Of a stretch of DNA of 64,000 nucleotides, positions 1 to 9,674 are shown piece after piece. Position numbers and translations under genes: made by a program. The stretch spans positions 8,205 to 72,204 of the forward strand of contig PCXB01000050.1 of NCBI GenBank assembly GCA_002787535.1. The letters are read 5' to 3'. The stretch comes from Deltaproteobacteria bacterium CG11_big_fil_rev_8_21_14_0_20_45_16 (GTDB lineage Bacteria > Bdellovibrionota > UBA2394). The notes beneath the pieces were generated by a model. That model saw nothing but the letters and a program-made list of their open reading frames with translations. It ran no database searches and was not told where the DNA came from. Position 1 is the stretch's first letter. Every line of letters begins with the position of its first letter.

Positions 1-108
1 TATAGCGGGAGCCGCAAAACCAGCAATAATCGCTAGAATCGCAAGAACCGCCAAAAGTTCAATTAAAGTAAAAGCTTTTAATGATGGGGCTATCGAAGGA
101 ATTTTCAC
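1..108 (-). CDS. Type II secretion pseudopilin (GspG-like), N-terminal part only; continues beyond window start
   Basis: Minus-strand translation from GTG at 108 gives VKIPSIAPSLKA-FTLIELLAVLAILAIIAGFAAPAI: a short leader, then the class III prepilin F-T-L-I-E-L motif with Glu+5 and a hydrophobic helix. It sits directly downstream of gspF in gspC-D-E-F-G order. The ORF track missed it because the window edge truncates it. Confidence 0.5.
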   Translation of the reverse strand, partial: MKIPSIAPSLKAFTLIELLAVLAILAIIAGFAAPAI

Positions 109-163
109 GAGGCCAATCTCTCAAAGGCGACTTGGCCCGTCAAGTCAGGACTGAGCGCCACGC

Positions 164-1390
164 TTAGAGGGCAGCGTTATTAAGCTCAAGCATGGGCAGG
201 ATGACGGATAAGACGATCACAGCCACAACACTAGCGAGAGAGATGATCATGATCGGCTCAATCAACGAGGTGAAGCTTTGGATTTTGGAGTCAACTTGAT
301 ATTCATAATGTTGGGCCACACGTTCGAGCATTTCTTCAAGTTCCCCTGTTCGTTCGCCGACGCTAATCATATGGGTAACAAGTGGCGGAAACTGACCACT
401 GCGTTTAAGAGGTCCCGAAATTCCCTGTCCCTCTGTAAGGTTGGTCGTGGCGGCTTCAATGGCTTCTTTGATCGTGATATTGCCCACGACGTTCTTGACA
501 ACCTCGAGACTGGCCAGCAGTGAAATCCCACTTCGCAGCAAAGTGCTTAAGGTTTTGGTGAAGCGAGAAACAGCGACCATGCGAATCACGTCGCCAAATA
601 TTGGAATCTTCAATTTCATTTCATCCCAGCGCCGCTCACCGTAAGCACTCCTTAAGAATCGCCGAATCGCCCATACGCAGGCGCTTGCAACAAGCACGAT
701 GGCCCACCAGTAATTAATGATACTGTCTGAGCACCAGAGAGTGATCCGTGTTATCAAAGGCAAAGTGGTTTTGGTGTCTTCAAAAATGCTCGCGATCTGA
801 GGAATAACAAATGTAAAGATCACAAGCACAACGCCCCCGCCAAACAAGACGACGGCCACGGGGTAAAATAGGGCTCCTATGACTCTTTTTCGAAGTCGTG
901 ATTGATACTCCATAAAGTCTGCCAAGCGGATTAATACGACATCCAAAGCGCCCGACGCCTCGCCCGCTTGAATCATACTGACAAATAAATCCGGAAAAAT
1001 ATCAGGAAATTTGGCCATTGCTTTGTACATTTGAGCACCCTCGTTTACATCCGAACGTACGCGAGCAATAGCTGCCTTGAGATTTGGATTTTCGATTTGA
1101 TCTGTTAAAGCATCTAAGGCCTCCACGAGTGGGATATGCGACGCGATCAAGGTTGATAGCTGGCGGGTCATATTGGCCATATCATCTGCAGAGATGCGCA
1201 TAAAAAACCCAAGTCTGATTTCGCTTCCAGCTTCTTGGGTTTTGGTGCCAACGAGACTTTCGCGAATGGAGCTCACATAAACACCCTCACGTTTGAGTTG
1301 TGTTCGAGCATTGTTGACATTGTCTGTCGTGACAATGCCTTTGACGGACTTTCCACTCGAGTCAAAACCTTGATATTGATACTGAGGCAT
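164..1390 (-). CDS. gspF: Type II secretion system inner-membrane platform protein GspF (PilC/GspF family)
   Basis: 408 aa polytopic membrane protein with two repeated T2SS_F-like halves. Its start overlaps the gspE stop, showing translational coupling. Confidence 0.85.
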   Translation of the reverse strand: MPQYQYQGFDSSGKSVKGIVTTDNVNNARTQLKREGVYVSSIRESLVGTKTQEAGSEIRLGFFMRISADDMANMTRQLSTLIASHIPLVEALDALTDQIENPNLKAAIARVRSDVNEGAQMYKAMAKFPDIFPDLFVSMIQAGEASGALDVVLIRLADFMEYQSRLRKRVIGALFYPVAVVLFGGGVVLVIFTFVIPQIASIFEDTKTTLPLITRITLWCSDSIINYWWAIVLVASACVWAIRRFLRSAYGERRWDEMKLKIPIFGDVIRMVAVSRFTKTLSTLLRSGISLLASLEVVKNVVGNITIKEAIEAATTNLTEGQGISGPLKRSGQFPPLVTHMISVGERTGELEEMLERVAQHYEYQVDSKIQSFTSLIEPIMIISLASVVAVIVLSVILPMLELNNAAL

Positions 1391-3186
1391 TACGCCATTC
1401 TAGAATCTTCGGCGGTAACGGCCAAGACTTCTTCGATCGTTGTTACGCCTGAGAGCACTTTTCGGATACCATCGATGCGCATCGGTTGAAAGCCTTGGGC
1501 CATCGCCGCTTTTTTGATAGAGACCGAATCCGAATGTTTGAGGATGATCGAGCGGAGGTTTTCATCAATTGGCAGGAGTTCGAAAATTCCGACTCGCCCT
1601 GTATAACCCGTATAGTGACATCGTTCGCAGCCTTTATGGCGATAGACGGTCGATCCAGCGGGGAGGCGTTCCAGGTTGATCCGGGCAAGTTGCTCTTGCG
1701 TGGGTTCAATAAGCTCACGGCATTCGGAGCAAACTTGTCGAACGAGTCGTTGAGCCAATATACCGACCAACGAGCTTGCAACCAAAAAGGGCTCTATGCC
1801 CATGTCCACGAGTCGAGCTACACAGGAGCAGGCATCGTTGGTGTGAATCGAAGACAATACCAAGTGACCTGTAAGTGAGGCCTGAACGGCAATTTCGGCA
1901 GTTTCTTTATCACGAATTTCACCAATCAAAATCACATCCGGATCTTGACGTAAAATAGATCGCAAGCCGCTGGCAAAGGTCAGTCCAATTTTGTCGTTCG
2001 TTTGAATCTGCCCAATCCCAGGAATCTGATATTCGATAGGATCTTCAACTGTAATAATATTGATATCCTCTCGATTGATATTGGATAGGCAGGCGTAAAG
2101 AGTAGTTGTTTTACCACTTCCTGTTGGGCCTGTTACGAGCAAAATGCCGTAGGGTTTGGCGATCAGCTCATGGATGTTCTTGAGCATCCTATCTGCAAAA
2201 CCAAGATGCTTGAGGTCCAAAAGATTGGCGCCCTTATCCAACAAGCGCATAACGATGCGTTCACCATGGGCGGTTGGTATTGTAGACAGTCGAAGGTCAA
2301 TGTCTTTGCCAGCAATTTTAATTCGAATTCGACCATCCTGGGGAAGACGCTTTTCGGCGATATTCAGGCCTCCGATAAGCTTGATGCGAGATGTAAACGA
2401 GTTTTGAATTCGTTTGGGTACCTTGAGAATATCATAAAGATCGCCGTCGATTCGAAAACGAACGCTAACTTCGCGTTCATAGGGCTCAACATGAATATCA
2501 CTGGCGCGCTCTTTAACGGATCGAAACAGAATCGAATTGACCAGCCTAATGATGGGGGCTTCATCCTCGGTATCTAAAAGATCGACGGGCTCATTCAATA
2601 CATTTTCGTCCAAAACTTCGGTGTCAAACTCTTCGACAGCCTGATCGGCTGTGGAAATTCGATCGTAAGATCGATTAATGGCCTCCGTGATAACGCTTGT
2701 TGGGCAAACAGCAATGCGGACGGGACGCTCCAGTAAAATCTGAACATCATCAATGGCGGCCGTATTTAAGGGGTCCGCACAAACAACCTCAACTTTTTTG
2801 CCTCTTACACCGACAGGGAGAATCTGAAATTTTTTAGCAAAGCGAGTCGGAATTTTCTTGAGAAGTTCTTCAGGAATTTCTCGATCATTGATGGAGCGCA
2901 CAAATCGCAATCCTAAATGCTTCGCGAGAGCTTCCAAAAGATGCGCCTCAGAGATAACTTTGCGACGAATCAAAATTTCGCCGAGACGTTCTTGATGTCC
3001 TGTTTCAGTTTGTTCATTAAGGGCTTCTCGTAATTGTGACTCATCGATGAGCTGAGCTTTTATGAGATAGGCCCCCAAATCCAAATCTGGGCCGGTATTA
3101 ATCGTCAGTTCATCCTCATGCAGCATTTCTTTGAGCTGCTCTCGATCTGCCTTGGTCAGAATCTGTGTTTGATCTTGGGTGTCCAT
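1390..3186 (-). CDS. gspE: Type II secretion ATPase GspE
   Basis: 598 aa with a Walker A box GPTGSGKTTT, the His/Asp boxes and the C-terminal tetracysteine motif CSECRE...CERCHYTG typical of GspE/PilB ATPases. It carries an N-terminal GspE_N-like domain and is coupled to gspD and gspF by overlapping codons. Confidence 0.9.
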   Translation of the reverse strand: MDTQDQTQILTKADREQLKEMLHEDELTINTGPDLDLGAYLIKAQLIDESQLREALNEQTETGHQERLGEILIRRKVISEAHLLEALAKHLGLRFVRSINDREIPEELLKKIPTRFAKKFQILPVGVRGKKVEVVCADPLNTAAIDDVQILLERPVRIAVCPTSVITEAINRSYDRISTADQAVEEFDTEVLDENVLNEPVDLLDTEDEAPIIRLVNSILFRSVKERASDIHVEPYEREVSVRFRIDGDLYDILKVPKRIQNSFTSRIKLIGGLNIAEKRLPQDGRIRIKIAGKDIDLRLSTIPTAHGERIVMRLLDKGANLLDLKHLGFADRMLKNIHELIAKPYGILLVTGPTGSGKTTTLYACLSNINREDINIITVEDPIEYQIPGIGQIQTNDKIGLTFASGLRSILRQDPDVILIGEIRDKETAEIAVQASLTGHLVLSSIHTNDACSCVARLVDMGIEPFLVASSLVGILAQRLVRQVCSECRELIEPTQEQLARINLERLPAGSTVYRHKGCERCHYTGYTGRVGIFELLPIDENLRSIILKHSDSVSIKKAAMAQGFQPMRIDGIRKVLSGVTTIEEVLAVTAEDSRMA

Positions 3187-6029
3187 TATAAGCTTTTAGT
3201 TTCGATATCCATTGTATCCTTGTTTCGATCTGGATTCGAGGGCAGCTCCTCAAGGTCTGGTATATCAAGCTCCGGTAAATCTTCTTCTTGTTGCGGATTT
3301 TCGAGAGGCTGCAATTCCTCCATGGGAGGAAGACTGATGTCCGGCTCAGGTGGCGACAAAGATTCCATCGGAGGAATGGCTTCCAAGGCAGGGGGTTCCT
3401 CTTCTGGATCGCTCGAGCCAAAGTCCGGCGAGGGCTCAATACTTCGAGGCGCAACGGGGACAGTCGGATAGTCTTTTCGCTCTTCGACACTGGGGAAAGC
3501 TTCGGGTTCCTTAGACATTGCAGCAGGAATGTTTTCGCCGGGAGGTATTTCCCCTTTGGCTTCAGGCGGGAGCTCGGTGGGTAAGGGCTCCAATCGTAAG
3601 CTCTTTACATATTCCTCATCCAAGAAGTCGAGTTGTTCAGGACTGTAACCCGAAATTGGAACGCCAGCAGCTTCTTTCATCCCAAGCCCCTGAAGAAAGC
3701 CCTCACGTTCACGAAGTTTTTTGAAAAACACATCATTCATATCGCCCGTGTCTCGGATAATGTGGGGTGTTATAAAAAGTAGAAGATTGATTTTTTCGGT
3801 ATTGGAATTTCGGGACTTAAACAACCAACCCAAAATAGGAATGTCTCCTAAAAACGGAACCTTCGTCATGGATTCAGATTTTCGATCCCGCATTATACCC
3901 CCGATGACTATCGTCTGCCCGTCTTTGACAATTGAAGTCGTCGTTGCTTCTCGAGTCGTTGTCGCAAATTGTCCACTACCCGTTACAACTTCTTCGCCAC
4001 GCTCATTTACCTTTTGTTGAATTTTCAAAGTTAGGTAATCGCCGGCGTTAATTTGAGGTGTGATACTAAGTTCTGTAGCAACGCGAATCCGATTATATGT
4101 GGCCACCGCGTTGCCCCCTGAACCTTGCTGGGTGCTCGCAATTTGTGGGATTTCTTCACCTATAGACAACGAAGCTTCTTCATTAGCCGTCGCCAAAATA
4201 TGGGGCGTTGATAATACATTTACATGCGAGTTCGTAGCGGCCATTCGTAAGACAGCGGTCAAAAGGGGAACTTGTCGTGTCTCGGTTCCACCCTTTCCAT
4301 CTGGAACAGGAACTCCGATTGTTCCGCCTGACTGAAAACCAAGAGCCAGGCCCGTAATCGCCGTCGAACCTAACAGACCCTCAAGAGTGGATGTTAGCGT
4401 GCTCGGCGTAATGCCCCCCAATCCAAAAGCTCCTGTGGATTTGGGAGTGCCGTTGGTGCTGTCGCCCTTGCCCATTTTGTCCGTCCTAAACAAAGGACCT
4501 CTGAGGTTGGTTCCAAATTCGCTCAACCCCCCCACTTTAGTTTCGAGGATAACACTTTCGATAAAGACCTGACGGCGCCGAATATCGAGTTGTTGAATGA
4601 TCCCTTTGAGGACCTCAAAGTCTCTTGGCGAAGCTTGAATCACAAGAGAATTTGTTCGTTGATCCGCCGTAACTTTGACATCACCATCAAAGAGCGATGC
4701 AGACTCGGAAGCTCCCGCAGCTCCTTTAGGGGCGGTGGTTGTCGGTCGTCTTACGCGCGTTGCACTGGATGTCCGCGTGCTAGTTCGAGCTGATTGAGTA
4801 AGAGAGGCGAGTGTCTGCGAAAGATCTTCAGCCTTTTGGTTTTGGAGTTGATAGACATGGATCTGGCCATCACCACCTTCAATCGGAATATCAATTTGGT
4901 CGATGAATTTTTTGACCTGTTCGATACCACGGTCACTTCCCAAAATAATTAAAGAATTGGTGCGATCATCCGCTACCACCTTTGACAAGACCCCGCGATC
5001 GCTACTTGCCGTCGTGCGGCTTCGAACCGTTGATCGAGTCGTTCCCGAAGAGGTTCCTGTCGGGAATATTTCGCTAATTTTTCGCGCCACATCGGAGGCC
5101 GAAGAATACTTGAGAGGAATAACGGCCACCTGCTCCTGAAAGCCTTCGACATCTAGAATGCTTAGAATTCTAACGATTCTCTTAATATTATTAGCATAGT
5201 CGCTGATGATAAGTGTGTTCGTTGGGGCGTGCTCGATCACATCACCACCGGATCGGGTAACAAGATCTTGAACCGCTCGGCGAATATCCCCGACATTCAA
5301 ATACTTCAGAGTTATGATGCGAGTGACATAGCTGTCATCAGAAGGAGAATCATCCAGATAAAGAGGCACTGGGCTTTTGCGGGCCTCGGCAACTTTTTCA
5401 ATCTTAAAATAGGCGCCGCTTGGGAAGACAACATAGCCGCGGATCTCCATGGCCGATAGGAAAGCTTGATAAGCTTCTGCCACCGTAACATCCGTTGGTG
5501 AAATAATCGTCACTTTTCCTGAAAGGACGGACGGGTCGTAGATAAATTTCTTTCGAAGTCTCTCGGCAAAATATTTTACAACTTCTTCGATCTCGACTTG
5601 GACAAAATCCATTCGTAGTTTCTCGTTGGAGTTGGGAATATCTGAAGCATAGTTAGGGAAAATACGTCCGTTGGCACTTCCGGAGGTGCTCGGACGCGAC
5701 GAGGGTCGTGTGGTGGATGGCCGAGAAAAACTATCCGGCCGACGAATGGGACTAAACTCTCGGTCCATTTCATCATCCACTTGGTTTTCGACACGCTCGC
5801 GAGAATTTTCTTCGTTTAAGTCTTCGGCTGGCGATCGAGAAGGCGGCTTGACGGGACGACTTATCTGAGCATCATCTAAAGGTTCCAAGCCTTCTTCGAA
5901 CATTCCATCTACATTAGGCGGATTATCGGACTCCTCGATAAGTTCTTCTTGGCCAAACACATTCGGCTGGCGAAAGGAAAAGATTAACAATCCCAGCAAG
6001 ATGCTGAGGTAAAGCTTATCGAATCTCAT
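3186..6029 (-). CDS. gspD: Type II secretion secretin GspD with atypical N- and C-terminal low-complexity extensions
   Basis: 947 aa with a signal peptide, N-domains and a C-terminal secretin core (...VPLLGDIPILGWLFKS...). It also has a ~120 aa Ser/Pro/Arg-rich segment after the signal peptide and a ~150 aa Pro/Glu-rich acidic tail. Confidence 0.85.
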   Translation of the reverse strand: MRFDKLYLSILLGLLIFSFRQPNVFGQEELIEESDNPPNVDGMFEEGLEPLDDAQISRPVKPPSRSPAEDLNEENSRERVENQVDDEMDREFSPIRRPDSFSRPSTTRPSSRPSTSGSANGRIFPNYASDIPNSNEKLRMDFVQVEIEEVVKYFAERLRKKFIYDPSVLSGKVTIISPTDVTVAEAYQAFLSAMEIRGYVVFPSGAYFKIEKVAEARKSPVPLYLDDSPSDDSYVTRIITLKYLNVGDIRRAVQDLVTRSGGDVIEHAPTNTLIISDYANNIKRIVRILSILDVEGFQEQVAVIPLKYSSASDVARKISEIFPTGTSSGTTRSTVRSRTTASSDRGVLSKVVADDRTNSLIILGSDRGIEQVKKFIDQIDIPIEGGDGQIHVYQLQNQKAEDLSQTLASLTQSARTSTRTSSATRVRRPTTTAPKGAAGASESASLFDGDVKVTADQRTNSLVIQASPRDFEVLKGIIQQLDIRRRQVFIESVILETKVGGLSEFGTNLRGPLFRTDKMGKGDSTNGTPKSTGAFGLGGITPSTLTSTLEGLLGSTAITGLALGFQSGGTIGVPVPDGKGGTETRQVPLLTAVLRMAATNSHVNVLSTPHILATANEEASLSIGEEIPQIASTQQGSGGNAVATYNRIRVATELSITPQINAGDYLTLKIQQKVNERGEEVVTGSGQFATTTREATTTSIVKDGQTIVIGGIMRDRKSESMTKVPFLGDIPILGWLFKSRNSNTEKINLLLFITPHIIRDTGDMNDVFFKKLREREGFLQGLGMKEAAGVPISGYSPEQLDFLDEEYVKSLRLEPLPTELPPEAKGEIPPGENIPAAMSKEPEAFPSVEERKDYPTVPVAPRSIEPSPDFGSSDPEEEPPALEAIPPMESLSPPEPDISLPPMEELQPLENPQQEEDLPELDIPDLEELPSNPDRNKDTMDIETKSL

Positions 6030-7077
6030 ACGTATAGTTTAACCTGGAACCGCCTCGTTCTATATCAATCGAGATTGATTTTTCGTTGCGCAATGCATTG
6101 AAAAGACTCATTCCCTTTTCGACACTGTTAAGGTCGTCTTCGTTGATGCGCTTTACGATGTCTCCGTTTTTTAAACCGAGCTTGTCGTAGATGCTACCTT
6201 GTTTTATTTCGATCAATTTGAATCCATCAATTTGGTTAGTTTTCCCTATATTAGGAACGGCTCGCGCATCGCGCAAAATCTGAGGCAAATTGTTCATCAA
6301 ACCATCAACCGTATCCTGGGGTATTAAAAATCGATTTGGCCCGAGCTCTTCCAATCCTACATCTCCGGATTTTGGGCTGGGGCCTATTGGACGCGTTGGG
6401 CTGACACTTTGGTCGATTTTACTTTTGGCCGCTTGAAGTTCAAGAGATTCGAGGCGACCATCTCGTTGCAAAATCACTCGAAATCTCTCAATTCGAAATA
6501 GTTTGGCGCCTAAAATAGAATCCCCAATTCCAAAGTATTGGCTCGAGTTGACGCTTCGATCTTTGATTAGTGCGACACTGTACTTTGAATTTTGAAAAAC
6601 AACCGTTCCCATCAACTCAGCATTTATACTTGAGGGTCGAATTTCTTGCTCATTAACGGGCTCGGGTTCAATCGGAATAATCGGTCCAATTTTGGCGCTT
6701 GAATTGAAAAGGTTTCGAGATAATATTCGTCGAAGGTCTGTTTTGGATTCAACATTCAGAGTAGTTTGGCTGCTCGCCGAGTTATCGCCCGGCAGCTCCA
6801 GGGGTAACCAATAGTGTGAGATCAGAAGATTGGCAGTTTTGGCCAAAAAAAAGCTGATCACAACAATGAAGGTCCAGCTCCAAAGCCGATCTCGATTTCT
6901 ATGAAAAAGGGCGGCTGACTGGGTCAGCCATTGGTTGATTTCGGGCATCCGTAAATTTAACTTTAACGAAAAGCGCTGCAAATGCACAGAGTTATCCAGT
7001 AAATCTCTTAGCGGAATCTTGTTAAAGGAAAGCGGTACGGATAAGGTTATCGAATGTTCGCAAAGGCCAAAGTTCAC
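6016..7077 (-). CDS. gspC: GspC-like T2SS inner-membrane component (TM + HR region + C-terminal PDZ)
   Basis: A single TM segment (WSWTFIVVISFFLA) and a C-terminal PDZ-like domain (GFKLIEIKQGSIYDKLGLKNGDIVKRIN...). Its 3' end overlaps the gspD start by 14 nt. The true start is probably the internal Met at 6948 (MPEINQW...), because the 7077 start would overlap the divergent plus-strand gene. Confidence 0.65.
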   Translation of the reverse strand: MNFGLCEHSITLSVPLSFNKIPLRDLLDNSVHLQRFSLKLNLRMPEINQWLTQSAALFHRNRDRLWSWTFIVVISFFLAKTANLLISHYWLPLELPGDNSASSQTTLNVESKTDLRRILSRNLFNSSAKIGPIIPIEPEPVNEQEIRPSSINAELMGTVVFQNSKYSVALIKDRSVNSSQYFGIGDSILGAKLFRIERFRVILQRDGRLESLELQAAKSKIDQSVSPTRPIGPSPKSGDVGLEELGPNRFLIPQDTVDGLMNNLPQILRDARAVPNIGKTNQIDGFKLIEIKQGSIYDKLGLKNGDIVKRINEDDLNSVEKGMSLFNALRNEKSISIDIERGGSRLNYTYEIR

Positions 7078-8193
7078 CTATTATTTTTAACAGCCTGCGG
7101 CTTCTCCATTTTGGTACTTTTATGGTCAGCTTTGCATTGGTTTGACCTGAAGTCTGGAAGTGTTGTGGGGCCCAGCTTCTGTAACATCAATTCATATTGG
7201 AATTGTGATCGGGTCACTGCGTCGGAATATGGATCTTTATTTTCTCTGCCCATCGGAATTTATGGAGCGGCTCTTTTATTTTTTTACGCCACAGCTTCTT
7301 TTGCCAAGGGACTTTATTCTTGGCGATTGGCCCTCTTGGGCCTTCCGGCATGTTTGATTTCTATTGTGATGGCTGGTGTTTTGATTCTTAAACTTCAGGC
7401 AGGTTGCATCGTTTGTTATGCCTCTTATCTTGGAATTTTTGTCGCAACGATTAGCAGTCAATTTATTCGCGCTGATTCGAAGTTAGGGATTTTATCGATA
7501 GGAAAAATCAGTTTCATTTCGCTTATTTTTATGGTCTTTTTAGGATTCTTTGCCTTACGAGGCCTGGAGTCTCAGCCCGCCGCCGTTGACGAACAAGAAC
7601 TTCAGCTTTTTAAAGATTGGTTTGCAAAACTTCCACAGGAGGAAGTGCCTATGGTTTCGAAGTTCCGCAAGGGAAATTTTGGCGCTAAAATCAAAGTGGT
7701 TGAGTTTTCGGATTTTGCCTGCCCGCACTGTCAACGAGCGGCCCTGCAAGTTCTTCCAGAAATTTTGACACGTCCAGATGTGGAGTTCCTTTTTTATCCC
7801 TTGCCAATGGATGGAGCCTGTCATCCCGATGTGGATAAGCGATTTCATATGTACTCTTGTGACTGGTCGCAGGTCATGGTTTGCCTTTGGGGGAAATCGG
7901 AGTTTTGGACTGTTCATGATCAATTGTTTGCCGAGGCAGCTCGAGCGGGTGAGCTTCGATCGCCGGATTTGAATACAATGAAGGACGTGGGAATTTCAGA
8001 TCCTGGCGCCATGAAGGCTTGTTTGGACTCCCAAACTTCTCAAGCTGAGCTAGGTGAGCTGATTGAGGCGTCGCGGAAATTAAATGTAAAGAGTACGCCG
8101 ACTTTTTTTATAAATGGACGAAGGTTAGAAGGACTGTTGGATGCACAGAAGTTTAATATTCTTTTGGACGAAGCAAGCCGTTTGCTACCTTAG
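7054..8193 (+). CDS. VKOR-like membrane thiol oxidoreductase fused to a DsbA-like thioredoxin domain
   Basis: The N-terminal multi-TM domain has loop cysteines (CNINSYWNC) and CIVC in a TM helix, as in vitamin K epoxide reductase homologues. The C-terminal periplasmic domain carries FSDFACPHCQ, the CPHC active site of DsbA. Confidence 0.75.
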   Translation: MFAKAKVHLLFLTACGFSILVLLWSALHWFDLKSGSVVGPSFCNINSYWNCDRVTASEYGSLFSLPIGIYGAALLFFYATASFAKGLYSWRLALLGLPACLISIVMAGVLILKLQAGCIVCYASYLGIFVATISSQFIRADSKLGILSIGKISFISLIFMVFLGFFALRGLESQPAAVDEQELQLFKDWFAKLPQEEVPMVSKFRKGNFGAKIKVVEFSDFACPHCQRAALQVLPEILTRPDVEFLFYPLPMDGACHPDVDKRFHMYSCDWSQVMVCLWGKSEFWTVHDQLFAEAARAGELRSPDLNTMKDVGISDPGAMKACLDSQTSQAELGELIEASRKLNVKSTPTFFINGRRLEGLLDAQKFNILLDEASRLLP

Positions 8194-8611
8194 TTTTGCT
8201 CTTGCGTTTGCTAAGCCCAGCGAGAGTATCGCGTCGATTCGAAAAGCCGATGCTCAATTTGTTGTTATTAGGGGCCATCAGTTTCAGGTTGAAGTTATGA
8301 GGACAGATGCTGAATGGTCTAAAGGTCTAATGTTTCGAGAAAGATTAGGCGCGCGAGAGGGAATGCTGTTTTTTGGGAAGATTGAGCAACCCCGATCCTT
8401 TTGGATGAAAAACACTTATGTCCCTCTTGATATCATTTTTATCTCGAAGGATCGAAAGATTGTCGATATTGGAAAAAATGCGACACCCTTATCGGAGGCA
8501 ACGATCCCGAGTAAAGCTCCAGCTATGCATGTTCTTGAGGTTTTGGCGGGAACGAGTGATAAGTTGGGATTTCAACCCGGCGACAAGGTTGAATTTAAGA
8601 TAAAGAACTAA
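8141..8611 (+). CDS. DUF192 (COG1430) family secreted protein
   Basis: 156 aa with a signal-peptide-like N-terminus and the DUF192 hallmark WMKNTYVPLDIIFI. The called start overlaps the upstream gene by 53 nt, so the start is uncertain. Confidence 0.55.
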   Translation: MHRSLIFFWTKQAVCYLSFALAFAKPSESIASIRKADAQFVVIRGHQFQVEVMRTDAEWSKGLMFRERLGAREGMLFFGKIEQPRSFWMKNTYVPLDIIFISKDRKIVDIGKNATPLSEATIPSKAPAMHVLEVLAGTSDKLGFQPGDKVEFKIKN

Positions 8612-9555
8612 GCGACCACACGATTGCGTCCGCCAACTTTGGCTTCATAGAGCTTTCTGTCTGCTTCTTCAATAAGGGCTGTGAAACTTCGAAATTGAAT
8701 TTTTTCCTTTGTCGAAAGACAGGCGACGCCAATGGAAATCGTTAGTTGAAACTCGTGATTGTCGAATTTGATCTTCAGCTCCGAGATCCCTCGTCGTAAG
8801 GATTCCCCCAAATGTTTGGCCTTTTCTCTCTCGATATCACGCATAAGAATAACAAACTCTTCGCCCCCAAATCGAGCCACGATATCATCTTTGCGTGTAT
8901 GGCTCAGAAGATGATGAGCCACTTTTTTGATCGCTAAATCACCTGCCAAATGACCGTAGGTATCGTTGACCTTTTTGAAATGATCGATGTCCAGAACAAG
9001 GATGGCCAATTCGCCATTGTGCCGTTGGGTATACGCAAATTCATCTTGAAGACGCTCAATGAAATATTTCTTGTTGTAGGTACTAGTTAAAAAATCACGA
9101 GTGGCGGCTTCATAAAGTTGGCCCAAGAATTTGGCTTCGATATCTTCCTGGAAGTGAAATTTTAAAATTGCGACAGAGCCCACCTGAATTTGGTCGCCTT
9201 CTTTTAGCTCGGCTCGATCAACGCGGCGGCCGTTTAAAAGAGTTCCATTTGTGCTCGCAAGATCAATCAATTCTGCACCCTCGGCACTGAGAACAATTTT
9301 ACAGTGATGGCGCGATACCAAATCATCTTCGACGGGAAGATCGCAATTACTGGCACGACCAATCATAAATTCTTCGTTGTTAAGCATCGGAAAAGAGCGT
9401 CCAATCTGTGGACCCGATATCATCAAAAGGGAAGGCGTTCTCTCGACTTCAAAAGGATCGATGGAGGCGATCGGGCTGATAACGGTCTGGTCGTCGGATA
9501 GTTTGAGCGAGTTCAGAATCTCGTCATCTCCTGGTTTTCGACCGCTGCTGCTCAC
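8608..9555 (-). CDS. FHA-domain diguanylate cyclase (FHA-GGDEF)
   Basis: The N-terminus has FHA features (...SRHHCKIVLSAEGAELIDLASTNGTLLNGRRV...). The C-terminal GGDEF domain carries an intact GGEEF active-site motif (ARFGGEEFVILM). Confidence 0.8.
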   Translation of the reverse strand: MSSSGRKPGDDEILNSLKLSDDQTVISPIASIDPFEVERTPSLLMISGPQIGRSFPMLNNEEFMIGRASNCDLPVEDDLVSRHHCKIVLSAEGAELIDLASTNGTLLNGRRVDRAELKEGDQIQVGSVAILKFHFQEDIEAKFLGQLYEAATRDFLTSTYNKKYFIERLQDEFAYTQRHNGELAILVLDIDHFKKVNDTYGHLAGDLAIKKVAHHLLSHTRKDDIVARFGGEEFVILMRDIEREKAKHLGESLRRGISELKIKFDNHEFQLTISIGVACLSTKEKIQFRSFTALIEEADRKLYEAKVGGRNRVVA

Positions 9556-9674
9556 AATTTGGATTCCCCCATGAAAAGTTCGCCAATAAGACTTAATTAT
9601 AGCACGTAGATTTTGATTTCGGGATCTAGGCTCAAGGCCCTATTTTTGAGTTTTTCTCAGTATTTTCGGGGGGC

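Noticed and set aside
1443-2577. Several 60-135 aa ORFs on both strands within gspE
   Set aside because: They are antisense or out-of-frame overlaps of a gene with strong motif support (Walker A, tetracysteine). No independent coding evidence.
3186-3700. Apparent repetitiveness in the secretin 3' region as a DNA tandem repeat
   Set aside because: The repetition is at the amino-acid composition level (Pro/Glu-rich) without exact nucleotide periodicity. It is not a tandem DNA repeat.
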